Shown here piece by piece: positions 1 through 11,527 of a stretch of 64,000 nucleotides of DNA (its first letter is position 1; every line of letters starts with the position of its first letter). Source of the stretch: Nemertoderma westbladi (lineage: Eukaryota; Animalia; Xenacoelomorpha). The stretch covers positions 1 to 64,000 of the forward strand of contig JAUCBJ010001223.1 of NCBI GenBank assembly GCA_032718475.1. The letters run 5' to 3'. The position numbers were made by a program, and so were the translations under genes. Under the pieces are notes generated by a model. The model worked only from the letters and a program-made list of their open reading frames with translations. It was not told the origin of the DNA and ran no database searches.

Positions 1-464
1 TGTTTTTTAATATTTGTATATGTCTCCAATAATGTTGTCAACAATTTTAATAAGTCAGTAAAGGCTTGTCATTTATAAATGTTTAGGTTAGAGAAATTAT
101 ATTAGATTAAATTTAGATTTTCGAGAAAATCAGTTAGAATGGATAATTTTTTGGTTGGTGATGGCAATTAAGGTTAAAAATAGAGAGCGAAACAGTTGGC
201 TTCAATTTTCAATTTGTTTTCGTTAAATTTAAATTATGATATACTGTACTGTAGTACCATTGTCACGGTACTATTAAGTTATTATCAGGTCGATTTGGGT
301 GAATTGTTGGTTTAAAATGTCAGGCAATCATATTTCTGAGACCAACTCTAGGACGCTAAGGAAATGTAATAATAAAATATATATAACATATATATTATAA
401 TATATATATAATATATTTGCTGTGGAAATTCCTTAGTTTTCTAAATATCTTCTAATATTTTCAG

Positions 465-653
465 ATGATGTTTGCCATACTACCTCCGGACCCCGGCCCT
501 ACAGGAACTGTGTATTTCCATTCATCTTCGACAGCTATATGTACAATGAATGTAAAGAGATCGCTCCTCATGTTAGTTGGTGCGCCACAGCAGTGGATGT
601 TGATGGCAACTACTTAGAGGGAAACAAAGGATTCTGCTCAGAAGGATGTCCAG
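465..653 (+). CDS. Host gene exon, fibronectin type II-like module
   Basis: Acceptor ttttcag| and donor |gtgaaa, 189 nt, phase 1-1. Translates DDVCHTTSGPRPYRNCVFPFIFDSYMYNECK...WCATAVDVDGNYLEGNKGFCSEGCP, matching the CxFPF...WC.T...G.C pattern of FN2-like domains. Confidence 0.85.
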
Positions 654-2229
654 GTGAAATTATAATTGTATTAATTTTAATTGAAATTTTAATAATAACG
701 AAACTCCTCTTTTTAGAGGTTAGGTAGTTGTTTTAGGAGAGAGGGACCCTCAAAAAGAATGTAATTATTCTTGTATTTCGGTAAACTTAAGTTGTGAAAG
801 TGCTTGGTTCGACCCCGGATGAGATCTTTTTATTGTTGCAGTTAGGTGTACTGTCAGAATCACTAGAGAGAGCCTAAACGCTCCCATGATTATTGGAGCA
901 GTCTGCTTCTAGTGTTGGTATTTTTGTAGTCACTAAAAAGACCAACGTTTTAACTGTTAACTTCGGCGGTCCTCAGAATTGTCTGATCGTAGGAGCATAA
1001 GTTCGAATAATGGCTTAATTGACCATATGGATATAATTGGGATCACGGATACGGAAGTTAGATGAATACCGTCTGGTATGTAAGGCAAAGGCATAAGCAG
1101 CTTTGAATAATCTCTCCAGGATGAAACGGAATAACAATGTTCGATTATTTAAGGCAGAGGCAGCAGTATAACTAATACTCCATGTGGGAGTCCGTGCATG
1201 GCTCTGGATGGCACATATCTAAGAATTACGCCGTGTTCATTGTGTCAACTAGAATGAACACATCTCCAATCACACTCTATACAACATTGGAAGTGTCTCA
1301 AAGTCTCCCCAATCTTGTCACTTTAACGGAGCCACCTCAGCTTTGCAGGACTTTGCTTTCACTGTGAGGGCGAACCAGTGCACAATATTGTGCTTTGGCA
1401 GCCTCATGGATAAATAGGCATGGTGGAAAAAAGGCCTTGACTTTCTTAAGAAAATATAACATATTTTAATAAATCAAAAATATTTTAGAAACCCTATTAA
1501 TTTTTGTTCTAATACTAATTTTAATAACTTTTTTTAATTATACTAATCTAATAATTTTTGTCCTAATCCTAATCTGTGCAATTCAGTACCTTATGGGTGT
1601 TTTATTAAGCTTCAGGTGGTGTTAAGTTTTACATATAATATTGAGATTCAAATGTTACAAATTAGTTTCTTCCTACGTTGACAAATAAATGTGAATCCGT
1701 AATACAGTATATTGTCAGAGATTAAAATAAATATTGTAGATAGATAAGGCATATTAGTGGGAAATCCGTATTGAGTACACATGGTATACTTGAGTTAAAA
1801 CGGATATGTATCCTTTTATATACTGTAAGCTAAAAAATTAACTTTATTTTTTTTGACAAACAATCAGTAATGGTTTCAAGACTGATCATATAAAGTTATA
1901 AAATGTTAATAATTTTTAAAATTGAATTAAATATTGACTGGAAAAACGACATTATGTAATGTGGGGAAGGTTAATAAGACGGATGAAGGAAGGTCGACAC
2001 ACACAAACCGAAAAATAAATAAAATCAATTTAGGTTGGTTTTGTGCTTCGGAAATTTTTGCTTTAATAAATTCCTTTAACTCTGTATATATTTTTATCCA
2101 TGCACTATCTATTTATTGGTAACCTTCCACCATATTTGTCAGCCCCACTCACCGTACATGATATTTCACTTAACTAATTTATACTATACATTATTTCTTT
2201 ATATTATTATGTTTTATGATTCCTTTCAG

Positions 2230-2355
2230 CAATTAATCAGTGCGCCCAAAATGTACATGAATGCGACATCCATGCAGACTGTATTGATACCGAACTCGGC
2301 TATGACTGCGAATGCACTACCACAGGGTATTCCGGAGATGGTTTCACATGCATAG
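2230..2355 (+). CDS. Host gene exon, calcium-binding EGF-like module
   Basis: Acceptor tcctttcag| and donor |gtaag, 126 nt, phase 1-1. Translates INQCAQNVHECDIHADCIDTELGYDCECTTTGYSGDGFTCI, a 6-Cys cbEGF pattern. This frame is not in the ORF track. Confidence 0.9.
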   Translation, partial: QLISAPKMYMNATSMQTVLIPNSAMTANALPQGIPEMVSHA

Positions 2356-2744
2356 GTAAGCAGCAATTACTCCAGTTATGGTTATTCAGATTGAGATTGA
2401 TGTACGTAATATTCGTACTAATGATTGCCTTGCCTGTAAGTGTAATAATTTAAAATGTATTCATTTAAGAACCGATTATGGTTACTCAATATCAGGAACT
2501 GCTTTAACGATTACGATGAAATTTACACAGAGGCTAGCTGACCAGTTTCTAAGGGCACTGGCACATATGCCTACTCCATAATCAGTCCATTTTGCACTCA
2601 CCCTACGAAAAATACAAGTTTTAGATATCGAGTACTGTTGTTGCCGTCAATTCTCAATCATGGGAATTACGCCGATGTAAGTTCGAGAGGGTTTACGATC
2701 CCCAAAAACTTTTCACCGGTATTTTTTGTTGGGGTAAATAGCAG

Positions 2745-4126
2745 CCCAGGTAGCACTGGACGTCCACGAAAGAAATGGAACGTTCATATTTGGAACTTTA
2801 TTCCTGCGAATCTGAACATCAATGAAATATCGTTCAAAATAGGTAAAATTTGCTGACGTTGTGAGTAATTTACCAAATTGTGACGTTCATATTAGGAAAT
2901 TTAACGTCCCAACTTTAACGAAATTGATAATGAAACCAATGAATGATTAATGAACCAAATCAAACGAATATTGAACGTTCAAATTACATTCAGTTTTGCG
3001 TTCAGTTTTTGTACCTAAATATGTACGTTGTTTGAACGTTTATGAACGTTCAAACATAATTTACTTTAATTTGTTATGTCAATGGCTCAATGTTCAAACT
3101 TGTTCGTGACGCAATATCTGATTATTTATAATTGTAAAATTATTTTTTGTGTTGCTTAGCCTACTCCTTGCATGGTTGGTGTGGTTCCGCTTATACCTGG
3201 ACTATAATGGTTACTTCCAAATACAAAACAATTACTTTAAGTAATCACAAAATTAATCACACAACAAAACACTGATAACCAATATAATGCTGACACATTT
3301 TTAAACATTTTAAACAACAAATAACTCAAAATTAAACAAAGATTCCTCTGACTTCAAAAGCTGAGACACTATGACACAAAAAAATGTAATAAAATTATTA
3401 CAATATATTAGGCCTATTGAACCAAGAAAATAACAAAGAAAGAAAACCGCAGAATTTTGTCTCTGTTGATACCAACTGACCATATAACATTAATTTGTGT
3501 TGATATGGGCGTTGGAATTTTCAAGCTTCTATTGTGCGTAATTTTTTTAATCGCAAATCTTTATTTTTGATTTTACAGATCATATTAAATAAACCTTTCT
3601 TAAGCTTCAATTGCTTTTTGTGTGTATTATTGCCTTGCTTGAATAGATATAAAATTTCAAATACCAATTATAAGGTCTTAAAATAATTAATTTTTATAGA
3701 TTCATCAATATGAATAATCTATTTTGGCTGGAAATAAGATACAATACATAAATCTGACTAATCGAATGCGAATTTGTGGATCATCACCATAAGATATCAA
3801 CGATACTCTCATATCACTGTCGATTAAATATTTTCATATATACTCTGATGCATTCTTCTCAAAATAATATGGACCTATAACACACCAGAAATGAACGTCT
3901 ATTGAACACAGATCAAAAGTCATTTTAACATAGATTGCCTGAGGTCTCTTTTACGTTCTATTACCGTTCATATTACGGTACTTCTGACGGCCAACTTTGA
4001 ACTATTGAACGTTCAGCATCAATAGCAGCATCCTATGGGAGAAATACTGTATAACGTCATATAAACATAAATTCAGAATGTCTGGACGAATAATGAACGT
4101 AAATTTACGTATTTGTGCTACATGGG
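2745..4126. mobile_element. Non-autonomous CACTA/EnSpm-like DNA transposon
   Basis: Termini CCCAGGTAGCAC ... GTGCTACATGGG (11/12 inverted match), 2-bp TSD AG on both sides, many subterminal GAACGTTC-like repeats, no ORF. Confidence 0.7.
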
Positions 4127-4177
4127 AGGTCGTTGGGTTAGACATAAATTTTTATTGAATTTTTATTTTTATTTATG

Positions 4178-4389
4178 AAAAATTAGCTTTGCTTTGTTGC
4201 TTGATTAAGACTAATTGAATTTACATTGATACAGTACTGTGGTAAGGCTGTCAGGTGTAGGCCTAGTATATGTATTTGGAGCAGTTGCCAATGCAGCAAT
4301 TTGCATTACAGCATTAGGAACCATACAGCCATAGTCCTAAATTCTACAATACTGGAATGCCTGAATACACCAGTGACCAGTACACTGGA
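4178..4389. repeat. Left arm of a long foldback palindrome interrupted by element A
   Basis: Reverse complement of ~22465-22603 and ~22710-22770, for example gcaatttgcattacagcattagg vs cctaatgctataatgcaaattgc. Confidence 0.8.
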
Positions 4390-5514
4390 TGTTCGCGCTT
4401 TTAGACCTTTAGCAGTTTAACGTGCCAATTTTAGTTGTCCTCTTGTTTATAAATCGACTTTAGCCTATATCAATTATTTAGTGTACTGAAATTACATCAG
4501 CCGAAGCCAGACTGTGCGCGATCATTCACCCACGGTTTTGGGAGACTGGATTCGGATTCCTTGAGAGTTATTGCAATGTAGACCTACTGTATTATTCGAT
4601 TGATCGTTACTATATAATCTCTGACAAATATATTTACTTTCGGGGAAATATTAGCAGTTCCTTTAGGACGTGGCGCTTTAAGTATAAAAACAGAGTTATG
4701 ACTTATACTAATCACAACTAGATGGCCACAGAGTTTCGTAAATAGCGCATTCTTTAGGAGATGCTTTATTATCTTTCACACTACTTCACACGACTTCACA
4801 CTACTTCACACTACTGCACACTAATCTGCCGACCGTCACTGAATTTGATCATATATAAGGAAGATCGCAACTGACACATGTAGGGATTATGAAATAGCAT
4901 TTAATTCACACAAAAACCACTATAATGTAAGTCGCAGTTGCTACCGGTAAACCTGTTCCTCTTACCTTCAGTAATCAAGAAGATTGGGGGTTTTATGATT
5001 ATTTATCGGTATTCTCCAAATATAACAGCAATATCCATTAATATAACAACAATTAATAACAGACCGTAAACAGAAGTAAAATAATGCGGTGAACAGTCAG
5101 TATGTGTTACTTATGAAAGTCCGGTGAGACGGGTATGATATGTAGGTGGTCAGATAATAGATTTACGTTCTTATAATCAAAGCCATCTGATGTTTAGGCC
5201 AAAGTCTGAAACTTCTACACAGAAGTACAGAAGATTCCGAGCCGGTTCTGGTGCTCAGAAAAATAGTAAACAAAGACCGTAATGCATTGCGCGGGTTTCC
5301 ATAGGCCTCTGTCAGACATAAGGGGGAAAATCACTCTGATTGGCTGACGAGGCAGAACAAAGAAAAGTTCCACGTCCACAAAGAATCAGCTGATAGATGT
5401 CGTCACACCAGCTCCAATTCCTTCCCGTCGCGTAGTTGGATAATTTTAGGGCTATTTTAGAGTATTCTGCGCATTGCGGAAAAATGACTTGTTATGTCCG
5501 CAAAAGCTTTTACA
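4390..5514 (-). repeat. 3' LTR of element A (1125 bp)
   Basis: TGTTCGCG...GCTTTTACA on the + strand. Differs from 21249-22353 by roughly 23 substitutions counted by eye (~98% identity) plus two extra 10-bp CTTCACACTA-type units. Confidence 0.95.
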
Positions 5515-5524
5515 CCGCTCCCAG
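5515..5524 (-). promoter_or_regulatory. Putative polypurine tract of element A
   Basis: Minus strand reads ...ctGGGAGCGG directly abutting the TGT of the 3' LTR. Confidence 0.55.
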
Positions 5525-5592
5525 AAAATGGGATTTAAGTCTATAAAATATAAAAATCACAGTTTCTAAAAATACAAAAATACTCTAAACTA

Positions 5593-5925
5593 TTAGTCCT
5601 TCTTACGTGAACGGCGTTTACAAAGTTTTTTGAGGCTAGTAAGAGTCCTTTTCTCTTTGGGGCGAGCCACTTTACTAGGAGGGCTATAACTCCTGGGTGA
5701 GGGGTGCAATACAATTGCATCAGAAGGTTTAGGGTTACAGTCGGTGTATCCGCCAGTCGAGGTACCCGGTTGATCGATATCAACCTCAGTGGAACGAGGT
5801 CGAACAACCTTTAGAGCGCGTTTCAGGACAGCAGCTCTTACTGGTCCCTGACGGGTCGTTTGCACGAGAGCGGTAGGTGGACCGTGAGTAGTGAGAAATT
5901 TCCTCGGTTTGATGGTTCTTTCCAA
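5593..5925 (-). CDS. Small basic ORF (110 aa) at the 3' end of element A, unknown function
   Basis: Lys/Arg-rich (KVARPKEKRTLTSLKKLCKRRSRKKD), TTG start, begins 10 nt after the preceding stop. No family recognised. Confidence 0.3.
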   Translation of the reverse strand: MERTIKPRKFLTTHGPPTALVQTTRQGPVRAAVLKRALKVVRPRSTEVDIDQPGTSTGGYTDCNPKPSDAIVLHPSPRSYSPPSKVARPKEKRTLTSLKKLCKRRSRKKD

Positions 5926-5934
5926 CTCGCGTTC

Positions 5935-8900
5935 TCAGGCTCTATATTCATAGGGTCGTCTATGAACTTCCTGTAGTTCTGGATGCGAGTTGATGAACAA
6001 GTCACCATATTCCGGATCTTGACGGATGAAGTTGATCAACTTATAGGAATTAAGGTCGTTAGGATTAATATTCCTAAGATACTTGCGAACAAATTTAGTC
6101 GAAATATTCTCGCCAACACACTTCATTAGCTCGTATCTAGGGGTGCGATATTTTTGCTCGACGGAAGCAAAGAGATACGGGTGAAATGCATAGACTCCTT
6201 CATAGGCACGTCCAGGGTAGTATCGATGAGGTGATTCGCAATGGAGATCCGCGTTAGCTTCCCAGGCGCGAATATAGCGAAGGGCAACCATTTCATCTAC
6301 GCTTTCTAGATCGCGGTTGAAAGGGCAATCGAAACTTGCGTGTCCTTTAAACTGGCAATGATGACATTGAGTCATAAATTGAGGGCAGACTGCGAAGATG
6401 TGTAAGTTATTGAGTCTACAATACGCACAATAGATCTCCATGGTAGGTTGATCTTTAAAGTAGGAGCAGGGTACGCTGGAGTCCAGTGAAGTGGTCTCGT
6501 GATGCGCATAATCGGCAACGTTTCCTAGAAACATAATTGGCATGCCGATAATCGTATGCGGTGAGACATTGTGGACCTTGATACCATTCCAGGACATAGT
6601 CGTTGTCACTGCTCCTGGGCGCTGTGGGTTGAATCTCCTCGGACTCTAAGCAAATTGGTTCATCCTCCAATTGCATAGCTGATGTAGGTCTAGCTGTCTC
6701 CTCAAGCGAACCCACTGTTTGAACTTCCACGATAGAATAACCTATGGGGATTCGGGGTCTTTGTATAACAGAGGAGTGTAAGTTCTGTATACAAACGTCC
6801 TTGAAAATGGCGAATCCAGCGCTGTCTAACTTCTCAGCAGCTGAGTCTCTTAGGCTGAGCTTGGTCAGAGCGCGGACGTTGAACTGACTATCAACGTTAC
6901 GGAACGGAGTCAGAAAGCGCCTAAAGCATTCGAATCGGATGAATTTATTGTGTTCATCTAGCTTGGCGAGCTTGGTTCCAAGTAACAAGGGACGGGCGTG
7001 TATAGTGCGACTGCATACATCGGCTAGCCAACCGTCAAGTGCGGCGTTCTCGAAGATAGTGTATATAGCTAATGAGGGACGAAGTGGAACACTCATGAAG
7101 CTATAAACAACGCCAGGTGCGGTTAATGGTCTGTCGAAGTATAATCGAGAATAATAATCTCCATATACTTGTTGATAGCTGACAGGGTTTCCGACTTTGA
7201 AATTCCATCCGTATTCTTGGAAGGCAAGATGTCTGATAGAGGTTCGTTGTACTTTATTGATGCCGCTGGATGTATTGGCATACATAGTTCGGAAGAAACC
7301 TCGGCCTTCTGCCCAGGGAGCAATCAGCTGAGTGTCTACGAAAGGGTATGGGATATTCTCCATGTTTCTGAAGTCATTTTGGAGATCTCCATAAACAGCT
7401 GAGCCGATTTTATGGATTCTTTCGTTAAACAGCATCTCGAGCACTGGATGGGGTAGCATCGATCCATCTATACCCATGGCCAGTTTGCGCTCGGTATCGG
7501 TAACATAATGCTGCATGAGTTCGAATTGTCCATGTCGGAGTTTCTTTTGGATCTCGGTGAGAGTCTCAAAAGAATAATCGATCACTCTCGAGTAAACACA
7601 TGTGTAGAACCAGCTAGTCCACGTATGTGTATCATTCGCGTAGTTCCCAGTTCTCCAACCGGAACGCTACCTTCGTTATCGTAAGTGACAACTCCATACA
7701 TTTCGATAACGTTAAGAGTTTCGTTCCACTCTTTGGTGGCGTTTTCTATGGTCATACCCACTGGATGCCATAAAGTGGCGCATTCGCTCGCGTTAGGTAG
7801 ATCGCTATACTTCAGATAATGTGTAGTATACGTCTCTACATCTCCATATCGCTGTATTCTCACTTCCTCGAATAATACGTCGAGATTCCAATGGACTAAT
7901 CGAGTTTTAATAAATCCATCAAGATTATACGGCATATATATATATGCATTATATCTTTTTCTATTCTTGAAACATTATACGGTTTTCTGAATGAGTTTAC
8001 TTTGACCAATTGATCTAGATGTTTCTGTAGTTGTTCGAGTTCAACAAGACCTAGGGGGTTTATCAGTGGTAGAAACCTTAAACGGTGTGTAGGATCTTCC
8101 GGTTTCACCATATAATATTGAGTTAGATTGACATAATAGGGGTGGTCTTTGATCCCATAAAATGAGTTCGGTAAAGGTCTAGCGTGTAGGTTGACCTCGT
8201 GTACCATACGATGGACAAGATCCGATCGATTGTCCGGAGGTTCAACGAGTATACCGTCGACACGAGCGGCCTCGATTGGCGGACGTTGTAACATAGGAGC
8301 ATCAGCGATAAGATCTCAAGTTGATATCAACCGGTTGGGGTTGTACCATGGCGAAGAGTTTGTCTCCGAAATGGGGAACCATTGAAGGATGAATAATGGT
8401 TTGGGAATAGAGATCGGTCATAAGGATTTGAGCTTCTGGCTGGGCTAAACTGCTTCTTCTCTCTCGTCCATTTCGATATGCTTCTCCTTGAGCTGATTTT
8501 CCTCCTCTTGTCGTTGGAAGCGTTCGTACAAAAACTCTTGCAGAGAGTAGGTTCGTCCAAGTTCGATGTCTTCCTCGAGATTCTGGATTTCCCGATCGAA
8601 CTGAGGTAAAGCTAATGGACTTGTACTTGTTGCTGCAATTTACATTTATCTAAACAATTGTAGGTTCCTTTTCCGATCTTTTGTCAAATAGCGTCTAGCG
8701 CGTTTCGTACAACGCTCTCCTCCACCTCGGTGACGGGTTGTATCGGGGTTAAACCGGGACGATTATACGGGTTGAACGGCGATATTAGGTGTCCGCATCC
8801 CAATCCGGCTAGGTAAGATGGGCGAATATCTAGGAAGCCCACAACCGGAGTGCCACCGACTAATTGTTCGGGTAACACTAAATCTTTGAACAATGAGTAC

Positions 8901-9805
8901 AGTTCAGGAGGATCCATCATACTATTAGGATCAAGAGTCTGAGGTCTCACGAGGGAATGAGGAGGTCTGACCGAGTATTCCGGAACTCTGATCATCGGTT
9001 TATTTAAGGATCGTTTGAGCCGAGCGAGCGTAGGTGATACGTCAAACAAGTTTTGCTCGAAACTCCCGTAAGTATAGCGAGTAAAACTGTGTTTAGCGCA
9101 ACGTCTCCGCAGATGTTTATGTCTTTCCGTTTGTTGGTTGGGTCTAGGGCATTCATCACGCACGTCTTGTAGGGGAAACGCAGGTGATCTTTCTCCAGTT
9201 TTACAATATTCCTCCATCTGTTCGAAGCTATCCGGTACAACAGGTAGTGGTCGATCGGCGGTAAGATACATCATAGTGAAATAGAGTCGTTTGAGTTCTA
9301 TCATAGGGTTATGATGTATACCTTGAGGATATCGAGTTTCTAGATTTTGTTGACTGGCTATATTGAGATATGTTTCTCTCAAGAATTCCAAATATTTGTT
9401 GAAGTCACTGCATTTATCCGGTTCTTCAACGTCTTCACTTTCGAGTGTTGTCTTCTTTTTCGTGTTCGATTTTCAGTTTATTGTTCCGACTCCGCTGGGT
9501 ATGATATTTAAATAGGACCATTTCCCTTTCTGTTTCTACATCGTCCGTATCGAGTAAATCGATTGGATGACCAGTAGTTAAGAAGTCCATATACGTACCA
9601 TTACGATGCGTATAGCGAGCAGTGAATTTTGTATAGTCCAATTCACGCGTGAGCTGTTCCTTTGACATTGGCGGTTCGATATAACGCCATCGTCCTACGT
9701 AGTGGGTTGACTAGCGTCGCCGCTTATTAAACTATCAACAAACGCTTGCAATGGTAGGGTATATCGCTCCCTGATACCAAAATCATCTTCTATCAACTCA
9801 GTCAT
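5935..9805 (-). pseudogene. Accessory coding region ('ORF3') of element A, frameshifted, C-terminal CCHC zinc knuckles
   Basis: ORFs 9435-9668, 8684-9391, 7896-8294, 7582-7935, 6455-7585 and 5935-6609 abut or overlap on the sense strand; most joins are explained by 1-2 nt slips. Motifs CRLCASRDH, CAYCRLNNLHIFAVC, CHHCQFKGHASFDC. Confidence 0.7.
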
Positions 9806-10624
9806 AGCTGCTATATGAGTTCTTCGATATTGTAATTAATTATAATTTAGGCTAGCGGTCGTCGCTGCCTCCCCCTCAATGCCCCCGGACAGCGCAAGAT
9901 CCTCAGCGCTGATGTACTGTCGTCGCTGTGCCTCTCGCCAACGTAGTAGCTACATAACGACAACAATAACCAGCGCGAGTCACTCCACTGTCCGTCCCAA
10001 GGGCTTAGAATTACTGGAGGTTCTTGCTACAGAGGCAGGGTAACTTTCACAACTGCGACTCGCTACTGTAAACACAGTTTAGTAGTAACATTCACCTATA
10101 AATGCACAAATTCCACACACCTGTCACAAATTGTACACATTCGGGCCATTTGTCTGTTAGTCAAGTGCCTTCCAGAATGCCACGTTATTATTATGTATCC
10201 CTGGATACTAGCAGGGTGCTATTTATTCTGTATGCTATTCAATGGGGCAAGCTTTCTATTGTTCTTTTAACTCGCTTCTAATTCTAGCGTGGTTGTTGCT
10301 ATGGTGACATTATGGAAAGCTAGCAGTAGAATTAGGATAATTCTCATGCATACAGATCTGGGATGCTATTTAATAGTAATTCTTTAATTGTCAATATTCC
10401 CCTTTATACATGATTTTATGAATTTTATCTGCTATTGACTATACATTGGAGATTCTCGCACACTAATATACTTAATAGGGTGAATCTCCGCTCCCATGAT
10501 CTATTAATTAATGGAATTTTGGGAATGTTATAAATTGTATAAAATGACAATTTATCAAATTCATGAGAGGATATGAATTTAAAATTTATTCCCGGGAATT
10601 TTATTATTTGATATTAAAATAGAC

Positions 10625-10975
10625 ACAATTTTATTCCAGAACATGTCTGGGGACTAGGATCCTTAATTCTAGGAAGTTTGTCCTTTTAAGAATATCGGTA
10701 AGTGCTACGATATCTTAATCGACTAGAATTTTAAAGGATCTAAATTTTAACAGATTTTGATTTATAGATTTTCTAGAGTTAACTTGTCAGCATTTACTCT
10801 ATTATAACATTTGTTTTAACAGATTTTATAAATATTTATTAAATATTTAATATTTAAGTAGGGCACCAATTTATTCCAGAACATGTCTGGGGACGTTAAC
10901 CACTGATTCTAGAATTTTGTCTTTCAAGTATATCGGTGGGTGCCGCGATATCTTAATCGACTAGAATTTCAGATG
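10625..10975. repeat. Imperfect direct repeat (~100 bp, 240 bp period) between pol and ORF3
   Basis: ttattccagaacatgtctggggac...gatatcttaatcgactagaattt at 10631 and 10871. Confidence 0.85.
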
Positions 10976-11527
10976 GTCAAAGGGTTTAACAGATTTATTT
11001 TGCGTTTTAACGCTACTGTTAAATGGACATCATTCTACTATATGTATTATTTAATATACGGTATGAGAGCAATATTGCAAGAAGCAATGTCAGTGAGAAG
11101 AGGCAAATCGTTTCCAAGGTCTACCCAGAGCTTGGTTTAGCCGAGACACGAGGATCTGAACTTTGCATTCCTAATACTCTACTTACCAATAATACTTGAG
11201 TATAGTAGGAGCGGTATTGTACTTTTAATAAGTACGGACATTTCATCTTACTGTAGTCACGTATTTATAATATGATACGGACAGTAAGGAAAGAGAAAAT
11301 GAATTATTTCTCGCCGTTAAACGAAATATATAATGCTAAGTAATTAAGTAATAAACACGAATATATATGGCACTAATCTACTGAATAATCGCTAAAATAA
11401 TATTCTACTAAATAAAATTAAAGAAAACGATTATAATAATAAAATTACACAATAATGCATACTATACATAAATATAAAAATAATAAAAATATAAAATAAT
11501 GTAGTCACACACCCACTCCAAACGCTG

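Noticed and set aside
654-727. Hydrophobic tail of ORF 539-727 as a TM segment
   Set aside because: It is intron read-through after the donor at 654.
2116-2355. ORF-track 79 aa protein
   Set aside because: Wrong frame; the EGF exon is in another frame.
5935-9805. ORF3 as an env glycoprotein
   Set aside because: No visible signal peptide, fusion peptide or C-terminal TM segment; it has zinc knuckles instead.
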